Source: a virus
Taxonomy: Duplodnaviria > Caudoviricetes
Direction: 5' to 3' (one strand)
Length of the DNA: 47,244 bases
IMG/VR virus record: IMGVR_UViG_3300025014_000154
Location: 1-47,244 of that record
Under the pieces are notes generated by a model. That model saw only the letters and a list, made by a program, of their open reading frames with translations. It ran no database searches and had not been told where the DNA came from. The position numbers and the translations under genes were made by a program. Within the stretch, counting starts at the first letter, position 1. Every line of letters begins with the position of its first letter. Positions 18,630-28,359 of the stretch are shown piece by piece.

Positions 18630-21600
18630 CTAAAAAGCGCGTGATTTCGCTTGTTTCAAGATGTCGAGCAGTCGGGTTTCGTCCCTGGCATCGACCGTGG
18701 CTGACACACTGCGGTTGCCCGCTGCCAGTTCAACCCGCACAGTGCGCACTGGTGCGCCCTCCCCTGCCAATGTTGCTCTTGGCACAGAAAGTGGCGAGGC
18801 CATCGACTGAACCAGACCTCCGCTGGCAAAACCTTGGATCTGGCCCTGCACGCGCGCGGCCAAGGCTTGTGCTGGCAGACTCAGGTTGTTGAGTGATTCA
18901 AAAAAGCCAGTGCCAAAACGCGACACCGCAGACCGGTTGACCACATATTCGCCCGGAGTGAGCATCGCCGGAACCGTATCGGACTTGGCCACGCCACCGG
19001 CCCTGTAAAACTCACCCTGGTGCAATTCCATGTAGTCCATCAAGTCGCGTTCCAGGTCTTTGCCATAGAGCAGTGGCTGCGCCATGGCTTGCCGCCAGTT
19101 GGACTTGATGGCATCGAGCTTTTGCTTCTCGTTGCCGGTGAGCTGCTTGCGGTTAAGCAAGGTCTCCAAGGTTCTGCGGTCAGTGTTTGCGAGTTGGCCG
19201 TAACCCTGCAAGGTGTCGTACTCAAATCCGACACTCAACGAGGCACCGTACTGCATGCGCATCCACTGCACGTACTGTCGCAGGCCCGACAAGCCCAGCT
19301 CGATCATTTGCTGCGCCTCTGCCGCATCTTTGTTGCGTTTGATGACGTTTGAGCCAGGAGGTACCACCGAACCGCCCGTGGCAAACCGGGCCACTCCATT
19401 GACAATTTTCGACAATGCAGTGCTTCCATACTTGCGCACCGCCGCTTTGCGCAGCACATACGCGCCAGCATCGAGTGTGCGCGGCACCGTGTCCTGATCA
19501 CCGGAACCTGGCACGGAGCCACCGGTCATGCGGGCAAATGCCTGAGCAACTGGTGATGCCACAGACCCACGAGACCCGGAAGCGTCGGCATAGCCGCCGC
19601 GTGCAAAGTGCGGCACACCAGCGCCCACCAGACCACCCGCTGCATTGGCTTCGACCTTGCGCACGTAAATGGTGTGCGTGCTCGACGTGTTCATGCCGTT
19701 GAGGCTGGAAATTTCTGACCGCGCCGCATCGGCATTGGTGTTCACACTGTGCTGCGACTCGGTGCGGATGCGACCCAGTGCATTGATCATGCCCTCGACA
19801 TTGGTAATAGATGCCTGGGCTTTTTCTGAACTGACTTTGAGCTCAATGAGGGAGTTTTGCTTGGCATAAGCAGTCAATTTGTCCAGCGCCGCTTTGGCCT
19901 GGGTGACATCAGCATCAACTGGCAGGGTTTTGCCCTCTTTGAGCAACTGTTCATATTCCTGGAGCTTTTTCTGGGCCTGTTCCAGATCAGCCTTGATGAG
20001 CAGCAGCATTTCTTTCTCAGCCATGGCCTTATCCAGATCAGCCATGGCTTTGTCAAACCGGCTGGTGTCTGCATCCAAAGTCACTTTCAAGCCATCTTTG
20101 AGCTTGGTGGTGATCTGGTCGATCTGTGTTTCTGTGTCTGTAAGGGTTTGCTTGATCTGATCACGAGCACTCAACGCCGATTTGGCCGCGTTTTGGTGGG
20201 CCAGCGCCTGTGCATCGAGCGTCTTGACAAGGATTTCTTCGGAGGTGCGGATATCGCCGATGGCGGTGTTGATGCCTTGCTTGCCCTGGGTGATGGCCGC
20301 ATCGGCCGTGGTCGTTTTCTGGGCCAATTCGGCACGCAGGGCATCCGCCTGGCGCATCAGGTCGGCTGCCTTGTCGTTTTCACTTTGGCGTGAGGCCTGC
20401 CTGGCTTGCGCCTCTAACGCCACCACTTGCGAATGCGCCTGCTCGGATTGTTTCTTGGCCTCCTCCGCTTTTTTGGCCTCAGCCGTCTGAGCGCTGCCCA
20501 CTTGCACCGCCAAATCCATGGCCTTTTGTGCGAACTGTTTGGCTTGCTCGAATTCGCCTGCGGCCAGCGCATCACGTGCCTTGCTTTGCAACTCGACAAC
20601 CTGGCGTTTGCGGTCTTCCGTCGCTTCAAACTCCGTCATGCCTTGGCGGCGTAGCTCACGGATTTTTTCCTCCGTTGTCATCGTCAGCAGCCGCTTAGCT
20701 TCTTCGATCCGCTGAACCTCAAGCAGATGCCGGTTGGCTTCGGCGTTGAGCGCATCAATGTGGGCGCGGTATTCAGTGGCGGCAATGACCATGGACTGGC
20801 GTTTGGTCGCCAGAATCTCGTTTTCGACCCGGGTCACGTTGGCGCTGCGCTCGGCTTCTGTCAGCCCCTGCTTGACCGCTGCTGCCACCCTGGCAGTGGA
20901 CTCGTCATCAATGAGTTTCAGTGTGTCCGTGGTGGCCTTTTGCCGCAGGGTGGTCTGCTGGGTCAGTGCGTCAGTGAGCAGCAGGGTTGACTTGGCAATT
21001 TGCGCAACTTCCGAGGCTTTGGACAAATTCAGTGCGTTTTGTTCCTGCTGATAGCGATCTTTGACGGCTGTAACCTGCGCCAGCAAATTTGCCTCGATGA
21101 TGCTAGTCAGGCCTTTGTACGCTTCTGCCATCTTGGCTGTGGCCTGGGTCACCACGCCGTTGGCTTTGGTGACCGCCTGTTCCACCTCGCCCAATCGGGA
21201 TTTGAGCTTTTCCACTGCGGAGTGAACCGCCTCAACGCCACGACCAACTGCTTCTTGGGTGCCTTGGCGTACGGCTTCCAACTTCTTGGCAATCTCTTCT
21301 GCCGTGGTGGCCGCAGTGGTCATGGCTGCCTTTGCGGTGTCGGAGCCCTTGGTGGCATCGGCATACATCTGGGCGAAGATCACATTCATCTCGGCCAGCC
21401 GGGCTTCGTGGCGCTTGGTGGCCGCATCGATGGTGTCACTGGTAAAGATCGCTGCAAAGGCTTCCCAGCGATATTGCAACTGCTCGACTGCTTTGACCAG
21501 GATTTCCACCATAAAGATGCCAGCCTTGCGCACGACCTCAAACTTGTCGGACAGCCAAGTGCCAATTTCCCAGCCCACCGCGAACGCACCCAACACGGCA

Positions 21601-22685
21601 AAAGCTGACTTGAGCAAGCCGACGCTGGCAATCGCTGCTGTGACCGACAAATTGGCGGTAGCCCACGCCGCAGAGGTGGCTGTTGCAGCGGTGATGGCTG
21701 CGGCCCCTGCGGTCTGCCAAGCCGTGACCAAGGCTGGAAGCAGCCGGTAAATGAGCACCGCCAAGCCCACTTCGGCTATTTTCTTGAGCCACTGCATGAC
21801 CGTATCGAGATTGGTGGCGAGCCAGGTCAGGCCATCAGCGAGCTTTTTGGTGATGCCTGAGGCGGCATCCACTTGCGAGACCCACTGGCCGAAGGCGTTT
21901 TGCAGGCGCTGAAACGCCTGGCTGACCGTCGCAGGCAATTGAGAATATTCAGAGGCAAGCTTGTCCTTTTGGCTCATCAAGGCGTTGACCACCACGTCAG
22001 CAGTGAGTCTGCCCTCCTCAGCCAGCTTGCGCAGCCGACCAATGGGCACGTTCAAGCCATCGGCCAGGGCTTGGGCCAGACGTGGACTATTCTCGACCAC
22101 GGAGTTGAATTCTTCGCCACGCAACACCCCTGATGCCAAGGCCTGACCGAATTGCAGCAAGGAAGATTGTGCTTCAGTGGCTGACGCACCTGACAAGCGC
22201 AAGGCCTGTGAGATGCTCTCGGTAAGCGATAAGGCATCCTTCTGTTCACCACCCAGCATGCGCACCGCCTGCTGCAACTTACCGTATAGGGTCGAGACTT
22301 CCTGGATGGGCACACCGATGTGCTGAGCGATGTCAAACAGCGCCTTTTGCGCAGTGACGAACTCATTCTGACCGGCAGTGGCCAGTTTCAGGCGCGCGCC
22401 CATCATGTTCCAGGCATCTGCGACCTGGACAATCTCTTGAACCTTGCCTGCTGCCCAGTTGATCGACAGAAATGCCAGCAACTGCGTCTTAGCGGTCGCC
22501 ACCTGGTCGCCAAACGCCGACATGCCTGCTTTGACTTCGGCCATCCCGCGCGCAGCCTTGTCGCCTGCTGTCTTGGCTGTCGATGCCAACTCGCCCAGGC
22601 TTTGCTGGGCGGAATTGAGGGCGCGTTTGAGTCCCTGATCTGCACCCTCAAGGGCGACTAAAACAGCGATACGGTTGTTGGCCAT
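18630..22685 (-). CDS. Tail tape measure protein
   Basis: 1351 aa, Ala-rich helical; QFGQALASGVLRGEEFNSVVEN tape-measure domain; C-terminal FAxGG and DTVPAMLTPGEYVV motifs. Confidence 0.93.
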   Translation of the reverse strand: MANNRIAVLVALEGADQGLKRALNSAQQSLGELASTAKTAGDKAARGMAEVKAGMSAFGDQVATAKTQLLAFLSINWAAGKVQEIVQVADAWNMMGARLKLATAGQNEFVTAQKALFDIAQHIGVPIQEVSTLYGKLQQAVRMLGGEQKDALSLTESISQALRLSGASATEAQSSLLQFGQALASGVLRGEEFNSVVENSPRLAQALADGLNVPIGRLRKLAEEGRLTADVVVNALMSQKDKLASEYSQLPATVSQAFQRLQNAFGQWVSQVDAASGITKKLADGLTWLATNLDTVMQWLKKIAEVGLAVLIYRLLPALVTAWQTAGAAAITAATATSAAWATANLSVTAAIASVGLLKSAFAVLGAFAVGWEIGTWLSDKFEVVRKAGIFMVEILVKAVEQLQYRWEAFAAIFTSDTIDAATKRHEARLAEMNVIFAQMYADATKGSDTAKAAMTTAATTAEEIAKKLEAVRQGTQEAVGRGVEAVHSAVEKLKSRLGEVEQAVTKANGVVTQATAKMAEAYKGLTSIIEANLLAQVTAVKDRYQQEQNALNLSKASEVAQIAKSTLLLTDALTQQTTLRQKATTDTLKLIDDESTARVAAAVKQGLTEAERSANVTRVENEILATKRQSMVIAATEYRAHIDALNAEANRHLLEVQRIEEAKRLLTMTTEEKIRELRRQGMTEFEATEDRKRQVVELQSKARDALAAGEFEQAKQFAQKAMDLAVQVGSAQTAEAKKAEEAKKQSEQAHSQVVALEAQARQASRQSENDKAADLMRQADALRAELAQKTTTADAAITQGKQGINTAIGDIRTSEEILVKTLDAQALAHQNAAKSALSARDQIKQTLTDTETQIDQITTKLKDGLKVTLDADTSRFDKAMADLDKAMAEKEMLLLIKADLEQAQKKLQEYEQLLKEGKTLPVDADVTQAKAALDKLTAYAKQNSLIELKVSSEKAQASITNVEGMINALGRIRTESQHSVNTNADAARSEISSLNGMNTSSTHTIYVRKVEANAAGGLVGAGVPHFARGGYADASGSRGSVASPVAQAFARMTGGSVPGSGDQDTVPRTLDAGAYVLRKAAVRKYGSTALSKIVNGVARFATGGSVVPPGSNVIKRNKDAAEAQQMIELGLSGLRQYVQWMRMQYGASLSVGFEYDTLQGYGQLANTDRRTLETLLNRKQLTGNEKQKLDAIKSNWRQAMAQPLLYGKDLERDLMDYMELHQGEFYRAGGVAKSDTVPAMLTPGEYVVNRSAVSRFGTGFFESLNNLSLPAQALAARVQGQIQGFASGGLVQSMASPLSVPRATLAGEGAPVRTVRVELAAGNRSVSATVDARDETRLLDILKQAKSRAF

Positions 22686-22719
22686 GGGTCAATTCAATAT
22701 TTGAGGCTATATTTGAGAG

Positions 22720-23364
22720 TTAGCCGACTGTGCGGATTTGTTGTTCGATGCTTGCGGCCAGTCGTGGGATGCGCCGCACCACCAGTCGCTCGATATCGAG
22801 CCTCTTTTTGAGCATGACGCGGGGAACGAGCACCGCAATCGGGATATCAGCACCACGCTTCAAGCGTTTGATGCCCTCTGCTTTTCGGTACCGGCGTTTA
22901 AATCCAGCCAAGGGGCGGTCGTGCTCTTTGATGTTCTCGGCCATCAGCACCACGTTGCCCTTGGCGTTTTTGATGAAGTAGGCGTTGCCGCCACGTATGA
23001 GTTCAGCGATCTGCGCCTTGAAGCGCTTGCGACCCACCCGGCCATGCAGGGGGATCAGCATCTTGGCAGAGATGACACCTCCTTTTTCGTGCATACCAAC
23101 CCAGGGAATACGCGAGCCCACGTACAGCGCTGGCAGCCGACTCTTGTCCTTGTCCATCACGTAAGCAGAAAAGCCTTTCAAAAAGTTCTTTTTGACTACT
23201 GTCAGCTGGCTGGCCACTTGGGCGCGGACGTCTTGCTTGATCAGAGTAGCCTCTTTGGCCATGGCCTTGGCCACTGCTTTTTTGACCTTGTCGCGAAACT
23301 CCCCACCCCAACGGCGCAGTTGGGCTTGGGCGGCGGCGCTGTCGATTCGGATGGAGATTTTCAT
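22720..23364 (-). CDS. Basic phage protein, DUF6441-like (possible tail completion protein)
   Basis: 214 aa, K/R-rich, between tail chaperone and tape measure. Confidence 0.55.
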   Translation of the reverse strand: MKISIRIDSAAAQAQLRRWGGEFRDKVKKAVAKAMAKEATLIKQDVRAQVASQLTVVKKNFLKGFSAYVMDKDKSRLPALYVGSRIPWVGMHEKGGVISAKMLIPLHGRVGRKRFKAQIAELIRGGNAYFIKNAKGNVVLMAENIKEHDRPLAGFKRRYRKAEGIKRLKRGADIPIAVLVPRVMLKKRLDIERLVVRRIPRLAASIEQQIRTVG

Positions 23365-23657
23365 GACGAGGTTGATGCAGTGGTCAGACGTTCAAACGTT
23401 TGATCGAGGTTTTTGGAGTCGCCCCTGCTGCCAATGGCGATCAGGGACAGGAGTTGGGCATCGCGCGCACTGTCCAAACGCACAACGGCCTCTGCAAAAC
23501 CTTTCAACTGCGCCAGCGTGTAGTCCAGGATATCGGGCAGCCTGTGGCCGTGCCCGATCAGGCGCTGGGTGAGTTCGAACCAGTGCTGGCTGCCTGAATG
23601 CCCTGGCCTAGGTTGAACAGGCCGTCGAGCTTGGGCATCACCGTTCGGGTAAAAAAA
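23361..23657 (-). CDS. -1 frameshift extension of tail assembly chaperone (gpGT-like)
   Basis: Slippery T TTT TTT at 23651-23657; -1 frame open from there (…WFELTQRLIGHGHRLPDILDYTLAQLKGF…) to TGA at 23361-23363 overlapping next ATG. Confidence 0.7.
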   Translation of the reverse strand, partial: FFYPNGDAQARRPVQPRPGHSGSQHWFELTQRLIGHGHRLPDILDYTLAQLKGFAEAVVRLDSARDAQLLSLIAIGSRGDSKNLDQTFERLTTASTSS

Positions 23658-23953
23658 TCAGCGTTGACCTCCATTACCTTGGCTGCCAGCAGCAACGCGT
23701 CATCCGCAGCCAGCTCATCCACCCACTCGCGCGGTTTTCTGACTGCGATGCCGATGGCGTTCAACAAATCGTCACCACGTTCGCCAAACAGCGCCAGCCA
23801 GTCAATTTGCGGCTGGCTCAGCTGCGCCATCACCGGCGAGATCACCCGCAGGAAGGCAGGCAACTGGCCCACTTTGAGAGGTGAGATCGCAATGGTCTCG
23901 CCTGCCACCTGCACCAGAGTGTCTTGGGGAATGAGTTTTTCCAAATCGGTCAT
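23558..23953 (-). CDS. Tail assembly chaperone (gpG-like)
   Basis: SD AGGAG before MTDLEKLIPQD; between tail tube and tape measure. Confidence 0.75.
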   Translation of the reverse strand: MTDLEKLIPQDTLVQVAGETIAISPLKVGQLPAFLRVISPVMAQLSQPQIDWLALFGERGDDLLNAIGIAVRKPREWVDELAADDALLLAAKVMEVNADFFTRTVMPKLDGLFNLGQGIQAASTGSNSPSA

Positions 23954-23970
23954 GATGAATCTCCTGTTGC

Positions 23971-24747
23971 TCAACCAATGAGCTGGATTCGGCCAAATTG
24001 GCCAAGCGTTGCATCAAAGGGTTTGCTGGAATCGGCCAACAGGGACCCCTCCATTTCGAACTTGTTGTATTCGTTGGAGATGAACGAGATTTCCTTCAAG
24101 GGATCAAACGCCACCCGGTACAACTCAACCAGTACCCGGGCGTTGCCGTCGGCGGTGTTGATGCCCTCCAACCGAAGGAAACGCTCGGGCAGAGGTTGCG
24201 TGAAGATACCGATATCTGTCGTGACACCAAAGACGTAGCTGGCCTTCAGTGGTGCGGTGTAGGCCACCGCAGGTGTGCCTCCATCGTTCAGACGCAGCAA
24301 CTGGATTGCGCCGAAGTCCTTGTCGACGGTGTAGTCCACCCCTTCGACCAGTGTGGCCGGTGTGGCGCTACTGTCCTCAATCACCAGGCTGGCCACCTTG
24401 GGGTGAGCCAGGAAATAGCGCTCACCGACCAAGGGTGTGCTGCCCGCCAATGGCTCGTTGGTCACAGTACCGGGCGTGCCGACTACGTAGTTACCGTACA
24501 GCGCCAGCGCCAAGTTCTCTTTGGTGAACTCTTCAATGGTCAGATTCACCGTGGCCGACTTTTGCTTGACCATGCGGTGATCAAGCGTGCGCTGGCCGGT
24601 CTGGCTTTCGTAATGCTCCAGCACGTCGGTTTTGAGCGAGAGTTTCAACTCAGCCACGTTGCCGGGCGAGCGAACCTCGATGGGGTTGCCTTCAACGTCA
24701 CGTTTGCCGAGGTAAACACGGCCCTGGAATGATGCATAGGTACTCAT
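23971..24747 (-). CDS. Major tail tube protein
   Basis: YASFQGRVYLG...GNVAELKLSL; strong SD; position before chaperone. Confidence 0.75.
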   Translation of the reverse strand: MSTYASFQGRVYLGKRDVEGNPIEVRSPGNVAELKLSLKTDVLEHYESQTGQRTLDHRMVKQKSATVNLTIEEFTKENLALALYGNYVVGTPGTVTNEPLAGSTPLVGERYFLAHPKVASLVIEDSSATPATLVEGVDYTVDKDFGAIQLLRLNDGGTPAVAYTAPLKASYVFGVTTDIGIFTQPLPERFLRLEGINTADGNARVLVELYRVAFDPLKEISFISNEYNKFEMEGSLLADSSKPFDATLGQFGRIQLIG

Positions 24748-24800
24748 GGTTTGATATCCTTAAAAGTGGAATTGAATAAACAGAAAAATGAAAAAGTGAT

Positions 24801-25256
24801 TCAGGCTTGAATGGAAATGTCAGCAATCAGGGTGCGGTAGGTGATCTGGTAGCGTGCAGATGTGCTGGCGGCAACGCCGTCAGCGTCATCCACTTCCCAC
24901 TCGGACTCGACTTCCCGCACACCCAAGGCCAAGCCGCCCAGGTTGACGTCAAGCATCAGGGCGGCATGCGCTGCACAGAGCAAGGCATCAGCCAGGGTTT
25001 CTGGGATGACCGGTGGCACGGCACGCGCCAGCGCAGTGATGCGCACCGTCAACTCGCGGGTGACCCGGTCGTTGGCACGCTCTGCCAGTGACTCACTCTC
25101 AGGAAACACCACCAAGGATGGGCACTGCTCCCGCGTGATGGCCACACTGGGCGTGCGCCACACGGTGGCAGCCTGATCGGTAGCCACCGGTGTCAGTACT
25201 GAGACGATTGCTTGCAGGATTTGTTCTCGAATGGAATTGACTGCCATGGTGGTCAC
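24801..25256 (-). CDS. Tail terminator-like protein (gpU position)
   Basis: SIREQILQAIVSVL N-terminus, YQITYRT C-terminus; start may be ATG at 25247. Confidence 0.6.
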   Translation of the reverse strand: MTTMAVNSIREQILQAIVSVLTPVATDQAATVWRTPSVAITREQCPSLVVFPESESLAERANDRVTRELTVRITALARAVPPVIPETLADALLCAAHAALMLDVNLGGLALGVREVESEWEVDDADGVAASTSARYQITYRTLIADISIQA

Positions 25257-25558
25257 ACCCGCATCAGCTTGGCACGCACCTCAGAGCCATCGCCCACGGC
25301 CATGACTTCTCGCACCTGATAAGCGACACCTTCGATTTGCACCACCTCGCGGGTTTTGAGACCGACAAAGCAAGAGTTCGGGTAGGTCATCTCATAGTCG
25401 GTGCTGAGCCCCAGGCCCGAGAGCACGTCCTTGTCAGGTGCGACAAACCCCACCGAGTAGGACTGGACAGCACCGCCATCGCCGGGTTGCCAGACGCAGG
25501 TCTTGAGAAACCCGACGTTGGCAGCGGCGCGGTAGAGCTTTTCTACCAAGGTGGTCAT
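25253..25558 (-). CDS. Head-tail joining protein (gpFII-like)
   Basis: 101 aa after capsid gene; VQIEGVAYQVREV. Confidence 0.6.
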   Translation of the reverse strand: MTTLVEKLYRAAANVGFLKTCVWQPGDGGAVQSYSVGFVAPDKDVLSGLGLSTDYEMTYPNSCFVGLKTREVVQIEGVAYQVREVMAVGDGSEVRAKLMRV

Positions 25559-25571
25559 GCGACGTCCCCGA

Positions 25572-26594
25572 TCACGCCGCAGTCAAGCGCACCAGCAGTG
25601 CTGGACGCTGGCACAGGGGCAGCGGGTTGCTCTGGGTGTGCAGGTCGGTGCCACGCTCAAAGTGGCGCGGTGCCTGCTTGGCATAGATGGGCTGGCCCAT
25701 CGTGTTGACCGTCTCGTTGAAGTCAGCCGGTGCAAAGTAGGTGGCAAAGGTGTCAATCGTGCCCAGCGGGAACGCGTGACCTTCGCCTGGTGCAATGTAG
25801 CGTTGGATTGACCAGCCGCCCATACCATCAGGGACGCTGGCCTCTCCGGCATATTCCTCAAAGGTGATGCCACCAAAAACAAAGCCATTTCGCATGTCGG
25901 TGCGCAGGGCTTCGCCTTGATTCCACAACGCATAGGCCTCCTTTACCTTTTTATGGGTGACCAGTTTGGTAAAGAACTCAGAAGACACGAGACAGTGGAC
26001 GCCGCTCATGCGCTCGCCCTGCAAGTTCATGCCCATATAGCGCTTGAGTTCGAGACACTTTGCCAGCACTTCGGTCGTGTCGATGTTGAGCTCAAAGTTG
26101 ATTAATGCTGCCGAAATCTTGAATTTCGCATAAAGATCAACCAAAACCTGGCCATCAGCATCAAGCACGATACCCTTCAAAGCGCCCATGCGCAGGTATT
26201 CCAATGTGGCAGCGTGTTTGTTACGCATGTTGTCCAGGTGCTCCGCCAGCACCGCAGCAATGGAGGCAAACTCATTTTCGGTACCAAAGGCGCGCAGCCC
26301 GGAGACTTCTTCCGGCAGCACCACATCGTCGTGCGGGATGTGGGGGATCACAAAGCTACGCAGCGTGCGTTTGCCTCGGATTCCCACCGTGCCAGGTGAA
26401 CCGGGCGGCAGACTGGGCAGCAAATTGAGCACACCGGCCTTTTCTTCGAGCACGATGGTGCGGGTGCGCACCGGTTTGGCAGGAAACAAACCCAACTGGT
26501 CGAGTCGGTCGTAGCGGTTGGGCAGCAGGTTAATCGCGGCTGTCAGCGATGCCATGGAGAAGGCGGGATTGAGAAACGGGTTGTTGATGGCCAT
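25572..26594 (-). CDS. Major capsid protein (lambda gpE family)
   Basis: FSMASLTAAINLLP, HTQSNPLPLCQRPALLV; 340 aa; follows decoration protein. Confidence 0.9.
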   Translation of the reverse strand: MAINNPFLNPAFSMASLTAAINLLPNRYDRLDQLGLFPAKPVRTRTIVLEEKAGVLNLLPSLPPGSPGTVGIRGKRTLRSFVIPHIPHDDVVLPEEVSGLRAFGTENEFASIAAVLAEHLDNMRNKHAATLEYLRMGALKGIVLDADGQVLVDLYAKFKISAALINFELNIDTTEVLAKCLELKRYMGMNLQGERMSGVHCLVSSEFFTKLVTHKKVKEAYALWNQGEALRTDMRNGFVFGGITFEEYAGEASVPDGMGGWSIQRYIAPGEGHAFPLGTIDTFATYFAPADFNETVNTMGQPIYAKQAPRHFERGTDLHTQSNPLPLCQRPALLVRLTAA

Positions 26595-26656
26595 GATGGC
26601 TTTCCTTCAAAAAGTGGAATGAATGGGGCGAATTGGCTTGTCGTGCGCTGTATCTA

Positions 26657-27034
26657 TCAAGCGCTTTGGCGCACCAGAATGCCCAAGGTCTTGAGTTGGG
26701 CCACTGCGGCGTCGCGCTCGGCCACAGTGATGGCCGCAGGCCAGGTAAGTGCGTGTTGGGCCACTGCACCGTGGCGCGCCAGCATCAAGGCATCGTCTCG
26801 GTCCACCAAATAGGCATCGCAGTCTTGCAACAACACACCAGAGGCGAGTTGGCTGCCATCGGTGGCACTCGGATCGAGTTGCTTGACCTTGCCGGTGGCT
26901 GCTACCAGCCCAAGCACGGTGCCAAGCACCAGGGTTTGGCCAGCAGTCAGGGTGGCGCGGTCGCGCGAGTAAAAGCCTTCGTCTTCATACTTGAGCAAGT
27001 CGCCCAGATTGAGGGTTTGTTTGATTTCAGCCAT
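26657..27034 (-). CDS. Head decoration protein (gpD-like)
   Basis: YSRDRATL...LGTVLG, DGSQLASGVLL; between protease and capsid. Confidence 0.85.
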   Translation of the reverse strand: MAEIKQTLNLGDLLKYEDEGFYSRDRATLTAGQTLVLGTVLGLVAATGKVKQLDPSATDGSQLASGVLLQDCDAYLVDRDDALMLARHGAVAQHALTWPAAITVAERDAAVAQLKTLGILVRQSA

Positions 27035-27069
27035 GGAGTTCTCCTATTAGTGAGGGGGTCAGGTGGGAT

Positions 27070-27435
27070 TTAGCGAGCACCGATTCGGGCTTTGACGGCG
27101 GCAATCAGCGGGTTATCAGGCGAAGCAGGGTTAGTTGCCGCCATTTCCTGGCGGTGTGCAGCATTCGGGTCAATGCGGCTGACGATCTCAAGCGATTGCT
27201 GCGCCATGGCCGTGAGCAACTGGCTGCGCACCTGACTGGGTGCCACTTTGGCCTCCAGAAAGCCAGCGATCAGGTCAGTTCGGCCAGCCAGGGTGCAGCT
27301 TTGCGCGACTTCAATCGCATCAGAGACTTCAAATACTGAATTGGCGGGTGATGTGGTGGCCGACGTGGCGGCCGATGTGGTGGTATTGATACCAGTTTGG
27401 GCGAGCACAGGAGTGGGTTGGACGGATTGCGTCAT
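27070..27435 (-). CDS. Nested in-frame scaffolding protein (Nu3-like)
   Basis: Internal AAGGA-N7-ATG (MTQSVQ) in frame after the protease domain, as in lambda C/Nu3. Confidence 0.55.
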   Translation of the reverse strand: MTQSVQPTPVLAQTGINTTTSAATSATTSPANSVFEVSDAIEVAQSCTLAGRTDLIAGFLEAKVAPSQVRSQLLTAMAQQSLEIVSRIDPNAAHRQEMAATNPASPDNPLIAAVKARIGAR

Positions 27436-28350
27436 GGGAATTTCCTTTTCAGGTGAGGTTTCAGGGAGGGTTTGACTGGCAAGCAGTCGGGAGAGCGAGG
27501 GAACTGGTGGGGTCAGCATGGAATTGATCTGTTTGAGCGCGTCATCGAGCGTTCCCACGTCATCAGCCAGACCAGAAGCAACCGCGTCTGCGCCAAAGAA
27601 CAGGGCGGCTTGGGTGCTTTTGATGGTGTTCACGCCCATGCCCCGGTGTTTGGCCACCGTCGTGGCAAACAGGTCATAAATGCGGTTGACCTCACCTTGC
27701 AAAAAGCTGTGTGCTTCACCCGAGATGGGTGCGTGCGGGTTGAGATCGTTTTTTCGATCACCGGCAAACACGGCGGTGTAGGCAATGCCGTCTTGCTGGT
27801 CTTTGACCGACTGGTCAACGTGCATCGCAATCACACCAATGGAGCCCACACCACCGGTGCGCGAGACGATCAAACGACTGGCGGCACTGCCCAGCGCATA
27901 GGCGGCGGAAAACGCCATGTCGTTGGCAACCGCCCAGACCGGTTTGATGGCCGTGGCTGCGCGAATGCGGTCGGCCAGATCGAACACGCCAGAGGATTCG
28001 CCACCGGGTGAGTCAATGTCGAGCAGGATGGCAGCAACGCTCGGGTTGGCCAGCGCCGCTTCCAGCGATTGGGCAATTCCGGCGTAACTGGTCAGCCCAG
28101 ACTGTGTTTCAAGCCCCTGGGTGCGCCGCACCAGCGTGCCATAAATGGGAATCACGGCAATGCCAGACTGACCAGGGCTGGTATCAGATTGGGCAGCATT
28201 GCGATCAGGTGGTGCAAACCCGGTTGATGCCGACAAGTCGGGCAGTCCGACGCGCGAGCCCAGCACGGACAGGATGACATCGAGTTTTGGGCGATGGATG
28301 AGCAACGGCGCACCAAACAGGCGTGCCGCCAAATGCGGTAACAGGTTCAT
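27070..28350 (-). CDS. S49 family prohead maturation protease (gpC-like)
   Basis: LLDIDSPGGE, AFSAAYALGS, VGSIGV. Confidence 0.92.
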   Translation of the reverse strand: MNLLPHLAARLFGAPLLIHRPKLDVILSVLGSRVGLPDLSASTGFAPPDRNAAQSDTSPGQSGIAVIPIYGTLVRRTQGLETQSGLTSYAGIAQSLEAALANPSVAAILLDIDSPGGESSGVFDLADRIRAATAIKPVWAVANDMAFSAAYALGSAASRLIVSRTGGVGSIGVIAMHVDQSVKDQQDGIAYTAVFAGDRKNDLNPHAPISGEAHSFLQGEVNRIYDLFATTVAKHRGMGVNTIKSTQAALFFGADAVASGLADDVGTLDDALKQINSMLTPPVPSLSRLLASQTLPETSPEKEIPMTQSVQPTPVLAQTGINTTTSAATSATTSPANSVFEVSDAIEVAQSCTLAGRTDLIAGFLEAKVAPSQVRSQLLTAMAQQSLEIVSRIDPNAAHRQEMAATNPASPDNPLIAAVKARIGAR

Positions 28351-28359
28351 GGAAATCCT

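Noticed and set aside
18630-19640. Repeated FAxGG and DTVP motifs in the tape measure C-terminus as an inserted element
   Set aside because: These are common tape-measure C-terminal motifs; no splicing or nuclease signatures.
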